From contig JBAYFY010000002.1 of assembly GCA_041666945.1 (NCBI GenBank), positions 701 through 64,700 on the forward strand: a stretch of DNA of 64,000 nucleotides, written 5' to 3'. Positions 45,747 through 55,827 of the stretch are shown piece by piece. The notes beneath the pieces were generated by a model. That model was not told the DNA's origin. It made no database searches and saw only the letters and a list, made by a program, of their open reading frames with translations. Position 1 is the stretch's first letter, and each line of letters opens with the position of its first letter. The translations under genes were made by a program, and so were the position numbers. Source of the stretch: Candidatus Buchananbacteria bacterium. GTDB taxonomy: Bacteria; Patescibacteriota; Patescibacteriia; 2-01-FULL-39-33.

Positions 45747-46328
45747 ATGAAAAAAGAATATCCACCCGGTCAAGAAATTCAAGAAAAAATTCCTAAGAAG
45801 GAAGTCGCTTTCGCCTTTATCAAACCGGATTTTTTTGCCGATCTGCCGACTATAGAAGAAATTATCAGGGATCATGGTTTAGAAATAATTTATCGCGATC
45901 AAATCAGATTGTCGCCCCAAACCGTTGATTTGATTTATCAGGAAGTGAAAAACGAACATTTTTTTGAAGCCATGAAGGATTACCTTATTTCCCATGACGT
46001 TGTTGTTATGTTAGTTGGCGGCGAAGGGGTTGAGGCGCAGAGGGTTTTGTTGAGTCTCAAAAAAGACCAGGGCAAAGACGGAGTAATCCGTGAGCGGCTA
46101 CAAAAACATCCGCAAGTTTCCGGTGAAGAATTAGCTCTCTGGGAAAGCGGCCAGCATCCCCGACAAAATGAATTGTCAGTTGTCTTAACGCAAAAGAATG
46201 TTTTACATACAGCCGATAACGCGGAAGAAGCTTTGGCCGGTTTAAAAGCCATTTTGGGTCCTAAGTTCGAAATATTGCAAAAACGCGGCAATCTGCCGGC
46301 CGAGTTATGGGATATTTTTAATGAATAA
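45747..46328 (+). CDS. Nucleoside diphosphate kinase-like protein (divergent)
   Basis: FAFIKPDF and NVLHTAD align to the NDK motifs IKPDG and NIIHGSD. Start chosen at the internal ATG. Confidence 0.45.
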   Translation: MKKEYPPGQEIQEKIPKKEVAFAFIKPDFFADLPTIEEIIRDHGLEIIYRDQIRLSPQTVDLIYQEVKNEHFFEAMKDYLISHDVVVMLVGGEGVEAQRVLLSLKKDQGKDGVIRERLQKHPQVSGEELALWESGQHPRQNELSVVLTQKNVLHTADNAEEALAGLKAILGPKFEILQKRGNLPAELWDIFNE

Positions 46329-46339
46329 ATTATAAATTT

Positions 46340-46828
46340 ATGAGTGTTAGCGAAAAATCGACCTTTGCCGGCCGCGAATTGACTTTGACTTGGATAGAAA
46401 CCGGCGTTGTTCCCCAGAATTTAAAAATTTCCCAAGTTAGCGGATACTGTTTAGATAATAATAACCAAGTTCTGATTATAAAAAATGAACATGGCTGGGG
46501 TTTGCCCGGCGGACATCCTGAAGAGGGAGAGAGCGTCGAGCAATCTTTGCGGCGAGAGATTTTAGAAGAAGCCGATGCAACCGTTGGTAGTTTTAAGTTG
46601 TTCGGTTATATTGAAGTTAATGATCCGCAAAATGAATCGATTGAGGGCCGTGATTATGTCCAGCTTAGATTTATTTGCCGCTTGGCAGAGATTAGCGATT
46701 TTAGCGCGGGATTTGAAACCTCGGAACGCGCTTTTGTTTCAATAGCGGACTTGCCGAATTACGTTACTTGGATGGCCGCTTCAGCCACGGGCCGCGCCCA
46801 ATACGAATCTTTTCTTAAAGTCATTTAA
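46340..46828 (+). CDS. NUDIX hydrolase
   Basis: NUDIX box GLPGGHPEEGESVEQSLRREILEEAD. Confidence 0.8.
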   Translation: MSVSEKSTFAGRELTLTWIETGVVPQNLKISQVSGYCLDNNNQVLIIKNEHGWGLPGGHPEEGESVEQSLRREILEEADATVGSFKLFGYIEVNDPQNESIEGRDYVQLRFICRLAEISDFSAGFETSERAFVSIADLPNYVTWMAASATGRAQYESFLKVI

Positions 46829-46837
46829 TCTAAAATT

Positions 46838-47959
46838 ATGAAATTGGCGATTTATCAGCCACGGGCCAGTTATTTTGTGGGCGGGGGAGAAGTGGTGCCT
46901 TTGCAAGAGGCCAGATTTTTAGCTTTGGCCGGCCATCAAATAACACTTGTAACGACGCGAGCGTCGTTTATTAAACCTAGCGAATATTTTTTGCGTTTTG
47001 TCAAAAATAATCCGAAGGTTAAGGTGGAATACATAGTTTTGCCCGCTGAATTGCAGTGGATTTACCGGGAAGTTCCCGGTCAAAGATGGATTCGTTGGGA
47101 TTATGAAAGCATCCATGTCGGTCGTTTGGCTTTTGCTTACTTTTTAAAAAATAAGTTTGATTTATTGTTAGTCCATAATTATCTTGACAGTATCGCCATT
47201 CCTCCTGATCAAAAATCTATTTCCTACTTGCATGGCTACCCGCCGGCGGCTAATTATTTGCACGAACTTTTTGCCGTCGTACCCTCGGCTTTTATTGCTG
47301 ATTCCCTGTTAATTAAAGAAAAATGGCAGGCCTTAGCCGGCCTAACGGGCATTCAAGTGGCCACCAATGGCGTTGATGCTTCATTTTTTAAACCCCAGTA
47401 CAAAAAAACTAAGTACGATGTTCTATATCTTGGTCGGTTGATTAAAACTAAGGGCGTAGCTTACTTAATTGAGGCCATGGCAGAATTGAGAACCCTGCCT
47501 GATTTACGATTGGCTATTGCTGGCAGCGGTCCGGAATTGAGTAATTTGAAGAGCTTAGCCAATAAGCTCGGGATCAAGAAGCGAATAAGTTTTCTTGGTT
47601 ATATTAAGGACGAGGATTTGCCAGAATTGTATAATTCTTCAGCAATTTGCGTTTTTCCTTCCTATGATCGCGAAGGGATCCTAACCGTTATGTTAGAAGC
47701 GGCGGCTTGCGGCCGGCCGATAATTACCACTTCGGCTTGCAGTATGTCGGAATTTTTGCGCAATGGTTATAATGGTTTATTGGTTAAACCGCAAAGCGTT
47801 TCAGCTATCGCCCAGGCGATTAAAAAATTATATTGCCAGCCGGTTGTAGCTGAAAAGTTAGGGCGGCAAGCCAGGAAATCCATAAAACAACAATGGAGTT
47901 GGGAAAAGAAAATTAAAAAAATGGAAAAAATTTATGCTCAAGTCGTCTCTCGTCATTAA
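46838..47959 (+). CDS. Glycosyltransferase family 4
   Basis: C-terminal EGILTVMLEAAACGRPIITT (the E-x7-E region). Confidence 0.8.
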   Translation: MKLAIYQPRASYFVGGGEVVPLQEARFLALAGHQITLVTTRASFIKPSEYFLRFVKNNPKVKVEYIVLPAELQWIYREVPGQRWIRWDYESIHVGRLAFAYFLKNKFDLLLVHNYLDSIAIPPDQKSISYLHGYPPAANYLHELFAVVPSAFIADSLLIKEKWQALAGLTGIQVATNGVDASFFKPQYKKTKYDVLYLGRLIKTKGVAYLIEAMAELRTLPDLRLAIAGSGPELSNLKSLANKLGIKKRISFLGYIKDEDLPELYNSSAICVFPSYDREGILTVMLEAAACGRPIITTSACSMSEFLRNGYNGLLVKPQSVSAIAQAIKKLYCQPVVAEKLGRQARKSIKQQWSWEKKIKKMEKIYAQVVSRH

Positions 47960-48791
47960 ATCAGCCGGAGCTGCGATAGAAATCAGCAGTCAGAATAAAA
48001 AGGATATCGTCAAATTGAAAAAGTCAACATTCTTAAAACGTTATATTCCCGATGGCCAGATAGTAACGGATATGGTAATGGATCAAAAAAAAGTCGATTG
48101 CCGATTAGTATTGCATGGCGGATCAGAAAAATTAAAACTTAACTATCCTCAAGCCGATTATTATACTAAAAAGTATAATGAGAAGGATATCGTTTCTTTG
48201 GCCGAATATTTATTGGAGCGAGCTCGTCAAGAAAGAGGAATTTTTTGCGTTCACGGTTCCGCCTGTGTGGTTAATGATCAGGCGATTATTTTTTGGGGCG
48301 GCGCCAGCGGTATGGGTAAAACCTCGCTTAGTCATGATTTGGGCCGTAAACAATGGGCCAAGTGGTATGGCGATGAAAAAATATTAATTGACTTACGCAG
48401 GAAAACTGTTTGCGGTCGTGTGGCGACAGCTTATATTAAAAATGGCCAAAAAAATATCTATCAATCCATAATCGGCAATTTTTCTCCGTCAATCCCCATA
48501 GCTTTTTTTGTTTATCCATTTCTGTTTAAAAACAGTAACGATCGTTTAACCTGGGTGAGGTGGCCGAAAGAAAAATTTTATTGGCATCTATTTGAGGAAC
48601 TGAACAGGAAAATCAGAGCCACTTCACGCCGGTTATTCAATAATCAAGAACCGATTATGCCCATAGACACCATTGAGTTGGCTAGAAGACGCAATGTTTT
48701 AATACGCGGCTTAATTAAAACTATTCCCTGTTATTATACTGTTGGCAATAGTCATCTGATTTGTGGTAAAATAAAATCATTAATTAAATAA
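47934..48791 (+). CDS. HPr kinase C-terminal domain-like P-loop protein
   Basis: GIFCVHGSACVVNDQAIIFWGGASGMGKTSLS resembles the HprK C-terminal domain Walker A. Confidence 0.5.
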   Translation: MLKSSLVIKSAGAAIEISSQNKKDIVKLKKSTFLKRYIPDGQIVTDMVMDQKKVDCRLVLHGGSEKLKLNYPQADYYTKKYNEKDIVSLAEYLLERARQERGIFCVHGSACVVNDQAIIFWGGASGMGKTSLSHDLGRKQWAKWYGDEKILIDLRRKTVCGRVATAYIKNGQKNIYQSIIGNFSPSIPIAFFVYPFLFKNSNDRLTWVRWPKEKFYWHLFEELNRKIRATSRRLFNNQEPIMPIDTIELARRRNVLIRGLIKTIPCYYTVGNSHLICGKIKSLIK

Positions 48792-48801
48792 CGATAAACA
48801 C

Positions 48802-51627
48802 ATGAAGGGGGATATATTAAGGAGGGGAAAAATTCTGCTGCCGCTGGTGGCGGGATTTTTTATTTGTTTTGTTTTTATCAGCGTTTGGTCGGCGGTTCCG
48901 GCGCAAGCGGCTACGATCATTAACCACCCGGATGACTCGGCTATTGCCACCGATACCGTTTGGCATGACGGCGAAATCCACGTCATAGCAGATTACGCGA
49001 CTTTTTGGGTTAATCCGAACGCCAAACTGACCATTGAGCCGGGGACGGTGGTAAAAGTCGGTTATAATTCAATTATCAGAGTTGATGGCGATTTAATCGT
49101 CAACGGTACGGCCGATAAATTAGTGAAAATCGTTTCTTTGCGCGATGATACTGTCGCCGGCGATACCAACGGCGACGGCCCGGCAACCGTTGCCAATTTG
49201 AATGACTGGCGGGGGATTATGCTGGAAGCCAACCGTTACAATTCCATAGTTAATGCGGAATTCAGCTATGCGGTCATTAAGCATGGCGGCCGGGGTTATC
49301 CCAGGGGTTTTATTATTTATACAAGTAAAGTTGCTTCATTGAAGATTGATCATTGTAATATTATTGATAATAGCGGGATTATATTTATTGACGCTCTCTC
49401 TAAAAATGTCAGTATTAACAATTCTAATTTGTATAGTCCCGATTTTTGCGATTACAGCGACAGCGGTAACTTATGTCATTACGATAACGGCTTTAAAACT
49501 TTTTCCTCGCAGACCATTGATTTAAGAAATAATTATTGGGGTTCGCCAACCGGGCCGACTTATGGTACCACTACCGAACCGACAGTTTTTACCGGAGCAG
49601 TTTTAGACAATCCGGTTAACGGCAATGTAATTTATCAGCCGTTTGCCACTCGGCCGTTTGAGTTCGGCGTTAAGAAGCCGAATCCGGTGATACTGATACC
49701 CGGCATCCTCGGCAGTTGGAATGTTTCCGGCCAATGGCAGGTGGATCCGATTTTGCACACCTACGATGATTTATGGAGCGCGTTTAAGGCCGCCGGTTAT
49801 GAAGAAGGCAAAACCCTGTTTGCTTTGCCGTATGAGTGGCGGCATTCCAATTTGGACACCATGACCCATCTGCGCGACAAGATTAATGAAGTTAAAGCGA
49901 TTTGCCAATGCGAACAAGTGGATTTAGTCGGCCATTCCATGGGCGGATTAGTGGCTCGCGCTTATATTGAAGGGCCTTTTTATAATAATGATGTGGATAA
50001 AACAGTGTTTTTAGCCACCCCGCATCGCGGCGCCACTGAAGCATATTTGATGTGGGAAGGGGGAAGCGTTGGGACTGATTTGTGGAAACAATTAGAACAA
50101 AAAATATTTACTATTGAAGCTAAATTTAATGGTTATAGCTATATTTCTCAATATTTGAAAAATTATCCAATTTTATCAGTTAAGGAACTATTACCGGTTT
50201 ATGATTATTTGCGTGATAAGGATAGCGGGCAATTAAGAAGCTACCCCGACGATTATCCGCGCAATGAATTTTTGGAATCATTAAATTCGCCGGCAAACCT
50301 GGAAAAACTGAACGCCGTTAAAATTTTTAATTTTATTGGTAACGCCGGTAATAATGATACCATTGATATTTTGCGCGTCGTTTCCAGTTCTAATGCTTTT
50401 AATGAGTGGCTGTACGGCTATCCGGAAAATTATGATTCTTTTTTTGGTGATCATGGCCTGGAATATAACGCCGGCGATACGACCGTACCGCAAAGAAGCA
50501 ATATTGATTTCGCTACCGCTGAAAATATTTTTATCAACAGTAATCATGGTCGTATTGTTACTGACGCGCAAAAAGCCGTGATTAAAAGTTTGACCGGCGT
50601 GGAACCGACGCAAGAAATCAGGCAGAATTCAGTGCAAAAGATACTTATGGTCAGAATATTTTCGCCGGCGAATTTTATAATTACTGCCCCGGACGGCAAG
50701 CGATTGGGTTATGACGCTCAAACCAATCAGGATATTTCAGAAATCCCGGGCGCTTATTATTCCAGTAACGGCAACGGGCCGGAATACGCCATTATTCCCG
50801 AGCCCTTGGCTGGCGATTATAAGATTGGATTATTAGGTACGGGTAACGGCGAATACAGATTAAGCGCCAGTTCCATCAGCGACGGCTTAACTGTGGATAA
50901 TGATTTTAGTGGCCAAATTGTTGCCGGACAAAACAGGGATTTTGTCGTCAATTATTCGGATGCCGGCGAGCTTGGCGGACTTAAGCCCCAAGATAATATC
51001 CCGCCGGTTATAACCATTATCAGCCCCAAAGCCGGTTCCGCTTATCTCCGCCGGAGCAAACTCAACCTGGACTATTCCGTAACCGATGATTTTTCCGGCG
51101 TCAGCTCAACTGCAGTTGCCATTGACGGCCGATTAATCGGCGCTACCACCACCGTTGATTTGTCGGTTTACGCGGCCGGCTGTCATTTGTTAAGCATTAC
51201 GGCATTGGATTCGGCCGGCAATGAATCTGCCGCCACGACAACTTTTATTGCGTCAGCATCTATTGCCTCCGCTCTGGCCGATATCAATGACTATTATCGT
51301 CAAGGATTAATCAGCAAAAAAGACAAAAACTTGCTTGCCAATTCCCTGGAACTGTTGCAGTTAAAGTTAAAAATTAACGACCTAACCATGTCTTTAGCAA
51401 AGAAAGCCCGCGATTCAGTTGTTGCTAACGTTAAGCTTAAGCCGGAAATAAAAGAGAAACTTTTAGCCAAAGCCGACGAGGTTATAGAAAAAATGAAGTC
51501 AGACCGGCAGAAAACAATTACCGCGCAATTGGATTTGTTTGATAGGCGATTGGATGATGTGGTGATTGCCGGGCAAGTTTATGATATACTTAAGTCAGAC
51601 AGTGTTTATTTAAGGAATAATCTATAA
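48802..51627 (+). CDS. Large secreted multidomain protein: beta-helix region + lipase/esterase (GHSMGG) + Ig/cadherin-like domains
   Basis: Signal peptide ending AQAAT. Nucleophile elbow LVGHSMGGLVAR. Repetitive beta-rich C-terminal half. Confidence 0.7.
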   Translation: MKGDILRRGKILLPLVAGFFICFVFISVWSAVPAQAATIINHPDDSAIATDTVWHDGEIHVIADYATFWVNPNAKLTIEPGTVVKVGYNSIIRVDGDLIVNGTADKLVKIVSLRDDTVAGDTNGDGPATVANLNDWRGIMLEANRYNSIVNAEFSYAVIKHGGRGYPRGFIIYTSKVASLKIDHCNIIDNSGIIFIDALSKNVSINNSNLYSPDFCDYSDSGNLCHYDNGFKTFSSQTIDLRNNYWGSPTGPTYGTTTEPTVFTGAVLDNPVNGNVIYQPFATRPFEFGVKKPNPVILIPGILGSWNVSGQWQVDPILHTYDDLWSAFKAAGYEEGKTLFALPYEWRHSNLDTMTHLRDKINEVKAICQCEQVDLVGHSMGGLVARAYIEGPFYNNDVDKTVFLATPHRGATEAYLMWEGGSVGTDLWKQLEQKIFTIEAKFNGYSYISQYLKNYPILSVKELLPVYDYLRDKDSGQLRSYPDDYPRNEFLESLNSPANLEKLNAVKIFNFIGNAGNNDTIDILRVVSSSNAFNEWLYGYPENYDSFFGDHGLEYNAGDTTVPQRSNIDFATAENIFINSNHGRIVTDAQKAVIKSLTGVEPTQEIRQNSVQKILMVRIFSPANFIITAPDGKRLGYDAQTNQDISEIPGAYYSSNGNGPEYAIIPEPLAGDYKIGLLGTGNGEYRLSASSISDGLTVDNDFSGQIVAGQNRDFVVNYSDAGELGGLKPQDNIPPVITIISPKAGSAYLRRSKLNLDYSVTDDFSGVSSTAVAIDGRLIGATTTVDLSVYAAGCHLLSITALDSAGNESAATTTFIASASIASALADINDYYRQGLISKKDKNLLANSLELLQLKLKINDLTMSLAKKARDSVVANVKLKPEIKEKLLAKADEVIEKMKSDRQKTITAQLDLFDRRLDDVVIAGQVYDILKSDSVYLRNNL

Positions 51628-51631
51628 AAGT

Positions 51632-52003
51632 ATGATTAATAAGAATAAGAATTGGTTATTGATTTTGTGTACAATTATATTAATAATAATTTTTACTCCG
51701 ATTTTTGGATGGTTTTTTAAGGAGTATTTAGGGCCATACTCAGTTGGTTTTTGGGGGCCACAACATCCTGAATATTTAGATGGGTTTTTTGCAGCTATAG
51801 CTTTTTTTATACCATTATTATTTGTTGTCATGGGTACAAAAAATAAATATAAGATTATTATTTTTTTAGAAATTATTATTTTAATTATTTTATTGTTTTT
51901 GAAATCAGGAAAGAATTTTGTAGTTAGTTTAATCGCTGCTATTTTGGGTTGGCTTATTGGTGAAGGCATTTTGCGTCTATATCAATTAGCAAAAAAGAGA
52001 TAG
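51632..52003 (+). CDS. Small membrane protein
   Basis: 123 aa with 3 TM segments and AT-rich codons. Confidence 0.4.
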   Translation: MINKNKNWLLILCTIILIIIFTPIFGWFFKEYLGPYSVGFWGPQHPEYLDGFFAAIAFFIPLLFVVMGTKNKYKIIIFLEIIILIILLFLKSGKNFVVSLIAAILGWLIGEGILRLYQLAKKR

Positions 52004-52150
52004 TTTGTGACAACAGCCGATTTGTCGCCAAGTCGCCGCTTATGGGCATTTTACCCGGCCGGAATTCAGCTGGGAGAAATAAGGCGCCAAATGGCTGTTT
52101 ATTGCAATTGATCGTTTTATGCTATAATTACAGTATAAATTTGTAATTAT

Positions 52151-52813
52151 ATGAAAAAAAATCTAATTTTTGTTCTGGTGGCGGCCGGACTTCTTATGGC
52201 TGTTTCGGTCAGCGCGCATCAGCCGCGTTCAGCTTACCGGATGACGGCGACTAAGGATTCGCCGATTGCGATCGCTAACGCCGATGTATCGCAGGCATTC
52301 TACGGCCGGCTCAAAGGCGGGATTGATTATTATGATTTGAAATTGGACGCGCCGCTGGATTTTTATTTTCAAGTGTTAATACCCGATATTGTTGATGCTC
52401 CCACCGGGTTTTTGGCGCAACTGAATGACTCTGCCGGCAAGCCGTTGGCAGTGTTAAACACCATGGGTTATCCGTTGCAGAAATTCCACGAAGATTTTGC
52501 CGGTGACGATTATTTGCAAGGACCGGAAAGGAAAATCAGTTTGCCGGCCGGCGATTATCGCGTTTTGGTTTCCAGTCCGGATAATCTCGGCAAATATGTG
52601 TTGGTAGTAGGGGAAAAGGAGTCGTTTCCTTTGGGTGAGTCATTAAAAACCTTATGGCTTCTGCCCGGACTGAAAGGATTTTTTAATAAACCGCTTTGGG
52701 CGGTTTACGAGGGGCGCATCGGCGCCGGTCTGCTTGTCGCCACCCTGATTATTTTGGCGGTAATTTTGTTAATCGTCGGTTTTGTGATATTTGAAAGACG
52801 CCGGAAAAAATAA
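52151..52813 (+). CDS. Secreted protein with C-terminal TM anchor
   Basis: Signal peptide. C-terminal hydrophobic stretch followed by RRRKK. Confidence 0.55.
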   Translation: MKKNLIFVLVAAGLLMAVSVSAHQPRSAYRMTATKDSPIAIANADVSQAFYGRLKGGIDYYDLKLDAPLDFYFQVLIPDIVDAPTGFLAQLNDSAGKPLAVLNTMGYPLQKFHEDFAGDDYLQGPERKISLPAGDYRVLVSSPDNLGKYVLVVGEKESFPLGESLKTLWLLPGLKGFFNKPLWAVYEGRIGAGLLVATLIILAVILLIVGFVIFERRRKK

Positions 52814-52904
52814 TATTTTATTTTTTAACTCCGATCCTGGCGGTCGGAGTTTTTTTAAATATTATTGCCAAAATAGCGGATTTTTGTTAGAATTTAATCC
52901 AGTT

Positions 52905-53615
52905 ATGGCTAATTATAAATTGCGACAATTGCAACGCGACTTGCGCCGTTTGGCCGATCCGGCCAAAGCCGCCATTCTGATGCGGTTTTTTAAGACCGGC
53001 AAAGGGCAGTATGGCGAAGGTGATAAATTTTTAGGCGTGGTGGTGCCGGCGCAAAGGCAAGTGGCTAAAAAATACAGCCAATTATCTTTGGTTGAGACGG
53101 AGAAATTATTGCACAGCAAGATTCACGAAGAACGCCTGACCGCCTTGATTATTTTGAGCAATCAATTCAAGCGCGGCGACAATAGAAGCCAAGGGCGGAT
53201 TTTCAAGCTTTACCTTAGAAACACTCATTACATCAATAATTGGGATTTGGTTGATTTAAGCGCGCCCAATATCGTCGGCGCTTGGCTTTATCAGCGCGAT
53301 CGTCGGGTTTTATACCGTTTAGCCGGATCCAAGTCGCTTTGGGAAAGACGCATCGCCGTATTGGCCGCTTTTCACTTTATCCGCCAGGGCGATTGCGCCG
53401 ACGCTGTCAAAATCATTGAAATTCTTTTGCCCGATGAACATGATTTGATACATAAGGCCGCGGGCTGGATGTTAAGAGAAATCGGCAAACATTGCGGCGA
53501 GAATAAATTAAAAAGTTTTCTCAATAAATATTCGGCGCAGATGCCGCGTACCATGTTGCGTTATGCCATTGAGCGGCTGCCGGCAGGGGAGCGCAAGAAA
53601 TATTTATCTAAATAA
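52905..53615 (+). CDS. DNA alkylation repair enzyme (AlkC/AlkD-like HEAT-repeat glycosylase family)
   Basis: HEAT-like helical repeats with W..RRIAVLA and W.LREIGK motifs. Start set at the internal ATG. Confidence 0.6.
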   Translation: MANYKLRQLQRDLRRLADPAKAAILMRFFKTGKGQYGEGDKFLGVVVPAQRQVAKKYSQLSLVETEKLLHSKIHEERLTALIILSNQFKRGDNRSQGRIFKLYLRNTHYINNWDLVDLSAPNIVGAWLYQRDRRVLYRLAGSKSLWERRIAVLAAFHFIRQGDCADAVKIIEILLPDEHDLIHKAAGWMLREIGKHCGENKLKSFLNKYSAQMPRTMLRYAIERLPAGERKKYLSK

Positions 53616-53628
53616 ATAAATTTGAAAT

Positions 53629-54330
53629 ATGAAGATAAAAGCGTCGTTGCATTTGCATGCCAAAGAAGACATCAGGGATTGCAAGCTGATTGATTATACG
53701 ATTAAAGATTTGATTGATCGTGCCGCAGTTTTAAATTTCAAAGTTTTGGCCATTACCTGCCATGAGAAAATGGTTTGCAATTCGGAAATGGTAGCTTATG
53801 CCAAAAGCCGGGGCATCTTGCTGATTCCGGGCGTGGAGATTCGTTTGAATCGCAAAGACCTGTTAATCCTGAATTGCGACGTTACGGCCGAGCAAATAAC
53901 CGATTTTGCCTTGTTGGATAAATGGCGCCAAAAGCACCCCGAGTCGTTTATTATCGTGCCTCATCCCAACCACGGAATGATGGTATCTTTGGGTTTGAAC
54001 AAGTTGCGCCGTCATCGCGATCTTTTTGACGCGGTGGAGCACAGTTGGTTTTATAGCAAGCAGTTTGATCCTAACAGGAAAGTCAGCCGAATTTGCGTTG
54101 CTTTGAATAAGCCGTTTGTCGCTACTTCCGATCTGCACCAGTTGAAATATTTGGATTTGGATTATGCCGTTTTGGAATTAGCCGATTTAACGCCGTCAGC
54201 CGTTTTTGCCGCCATAAGAGAAGGAAAATTCCAAAATGTCAGTCAGCCCAAAAGTATATTGGAATTGGCAATTTTTTATATTTGGATGTCAACCAAAAAT
54301 TTTATCGCGTTGTTTACTCCCGACGAATAA
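53629..54330 (+). CDS. PHP-domain metal-dependent phosphoesterase
   Basis: N-terminal SLHLHAKED His cluster and internal VPHPNHG. Confidence 0.5.
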   Translation: MKIKASLHLHAKEDIRDCKLIDYTIKDLIDRAAVLNFKVLAITCHEKMVCNSEMVAYAKSRGILLIPGVEIRLNRKDLLILNCDVTAEQITDFALLDKWRQKHPESFIIVPHPNHGMMVSLGLNKLRRHRDLFDAVEHSWFYSKQFDPNRKVSRICVALNKPFVATSDLHQLKYLDLDYAVLELADLTPSAVFAAIREGKFQNVSQPKSILELAIFYIWMSTKNFIALFTPDE

Positions 54331-54539
54331 ACGCAGTTTAAGGAAAAGTAAAACTGGCTCCAGCGATTATACTGTGGCATCAATTTAATCTTTTATTCTA
54401 AAATTAGACAAAATTTAGAATAAATTTTTTATTTACTTGACTTTTTTTGTGTAATATGCTAAACTGATAGCTCGTTCTTTTGATGTTGTTTCAGTAAGAA
54501 GCTTTAAAAAAGACCGCAAGGTCAAAGGAGGCGGAGTTA

Positions 54540-54974
54540 ATGAATGATCGCAGGAATGTCAATATAATCCATTTACGGTACTTGGTGATAGAGACGATCA
54601 ATATTGCATTGCGCGGAGCTAAAATTATTGATCGCGAATTATTACTTAGAATGTATGGCATGATTGTCGATGAAGATTTTCCGGCTAAACTGCTATTAAT
54701 TGAAGCTCAAGAAAATTTTTTTCGGGTTAAGATCGGACAATTTTTTGAAATTCAGTTTATGGATTATAACAACTGGGTGTCGGTGTATATCATTAATAGC
54801 CGGCGTGATCGTAATACTGACTATGACGGGTTTCATTTCGGTCAGATCACATCCAAGTCCCTAATGGTTGTGGCTCAATTCTTGATCCAATACGCCCATG
54901 ATATTGATTCCAAGGCGCGTTGTGAAAAGGCCTGGCGGCAAAATCTTGCGGCTATGGGCATCAGTATTAATTAG
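54540..54974 (+). CDS. Hypothetical protein
   Basis: 144 aa ORF preceded by a promoter-like TTGACT-18-TAAACT. Confidence 0.45.
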   Translation: MNDRRNVNIIHLRYLVIETINIALRGAKIIDRELLLRMYGMIVDEDFPAKLLLIEAQENFFRVKIGQFFEIQFMDYNNWVSVYIINSRRDRNTDYDGFHFGQITSKSLMVVAQFLIQYAHDIDSKARCEKAWRQNLAAMGISIN

Positions 54975-55079
54975 CTGTTCTTTAAGTCGTTTTGGTTGCT
55001 ACCGAACGACTTTTTTTGTGACAAAAATCCGCAATTTAAAAAGGAAGCCGTAATCGGCTTCCCTTACTAAGGTGCTTGA

Positions 55080-55607
55080 CTAAATAAACTCTTGGCCCCA
55101 CTCTTCCATTTTTTTGATAACCTTGAGGAAGCTTTTACCGTCACTGTCGGGGGTAAAGAGTTGCACCAGATAAACTGGTTTGTGAGCCATAAAAGCCATA
55201 CCCAAGTCAAAATGCGAACCGGTTGATTTGCTGTCCCAGAAAATATGCACAAAGGAACATTTTTCCATGGCGGCGGCATGCGTTAGGCAGATATCCATTC
55301 CTATGGAATCGTTCTGATCGGCATCGCGCGGCGGGTAATGAACTTCAAGACCTGCCTTTTCTAAACGTTTAACATAGTCGTCTATCAGCGTTTGTTGTTC
55401 CGGAGTAATGTTGCGCACCGGACAAATCAGATAAATAAGATCTTTCTTAGGTTGCGCGCGACTCGACTGTTCGCCTTTCTTTTTAAAACAGTAACGCAGG
55501 TAGGCCCAGCAAGCCAAAATCAGGCCATAGAGCAAATGCAGAGGAAAGATTGAAATATAACAGAGCGCGACAAAGGCCAACAGTATGATATAATCACTGA
55601 TTTGCAT
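55080..55607 (-). CDS. Nucleoside 2-deoxyribosyltransferase-like domain protein with N-terminal TM segments
   Basis: DSKSTGSHFDLGMAFMAHKPVYLV matches the NDT-family D-x-G-T-x-x-E-x-G-x-A-x-A-x-GKPV motif. Two TM helices at the N-terminus. Confidence 0.55.
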   Translation of the reverse strand: MQISDYIILLAFVALCYISIFPLHLLYGLILACWAYLRYCFKKKGEQSSRAQPKKDLIYLICPVRNITPEQQTLIDDYVKRLEKAGLEVHYPPRDADQNDSIGMDICLTHAAAMEKCSFVHIFWDSKSTGSHFDLGMAFMAHKPVYLVQLFTPDSDGKSFLKVIKKMEEWGQEFI

Positions 55608-55827
55608 GGCCGGTTTCTCCTTTGGGGTTGTTTAAAGAACTGTCCAATCGTTTTTATTTGTTTTCCACTTTAGCATAGGTCAAGCCAGAAAGCAAGGCCG
55701 CACTGCAATCACTCTTGCAAAATTAACGGAATAATCGCTTAATAGGTTAATAATTCAAATTGAAGCCGTTTTGACTTAAAGGGTTAAAAATGGTAAAATT
55801 ACCGCATAATCATAGCAAAATTACTCC

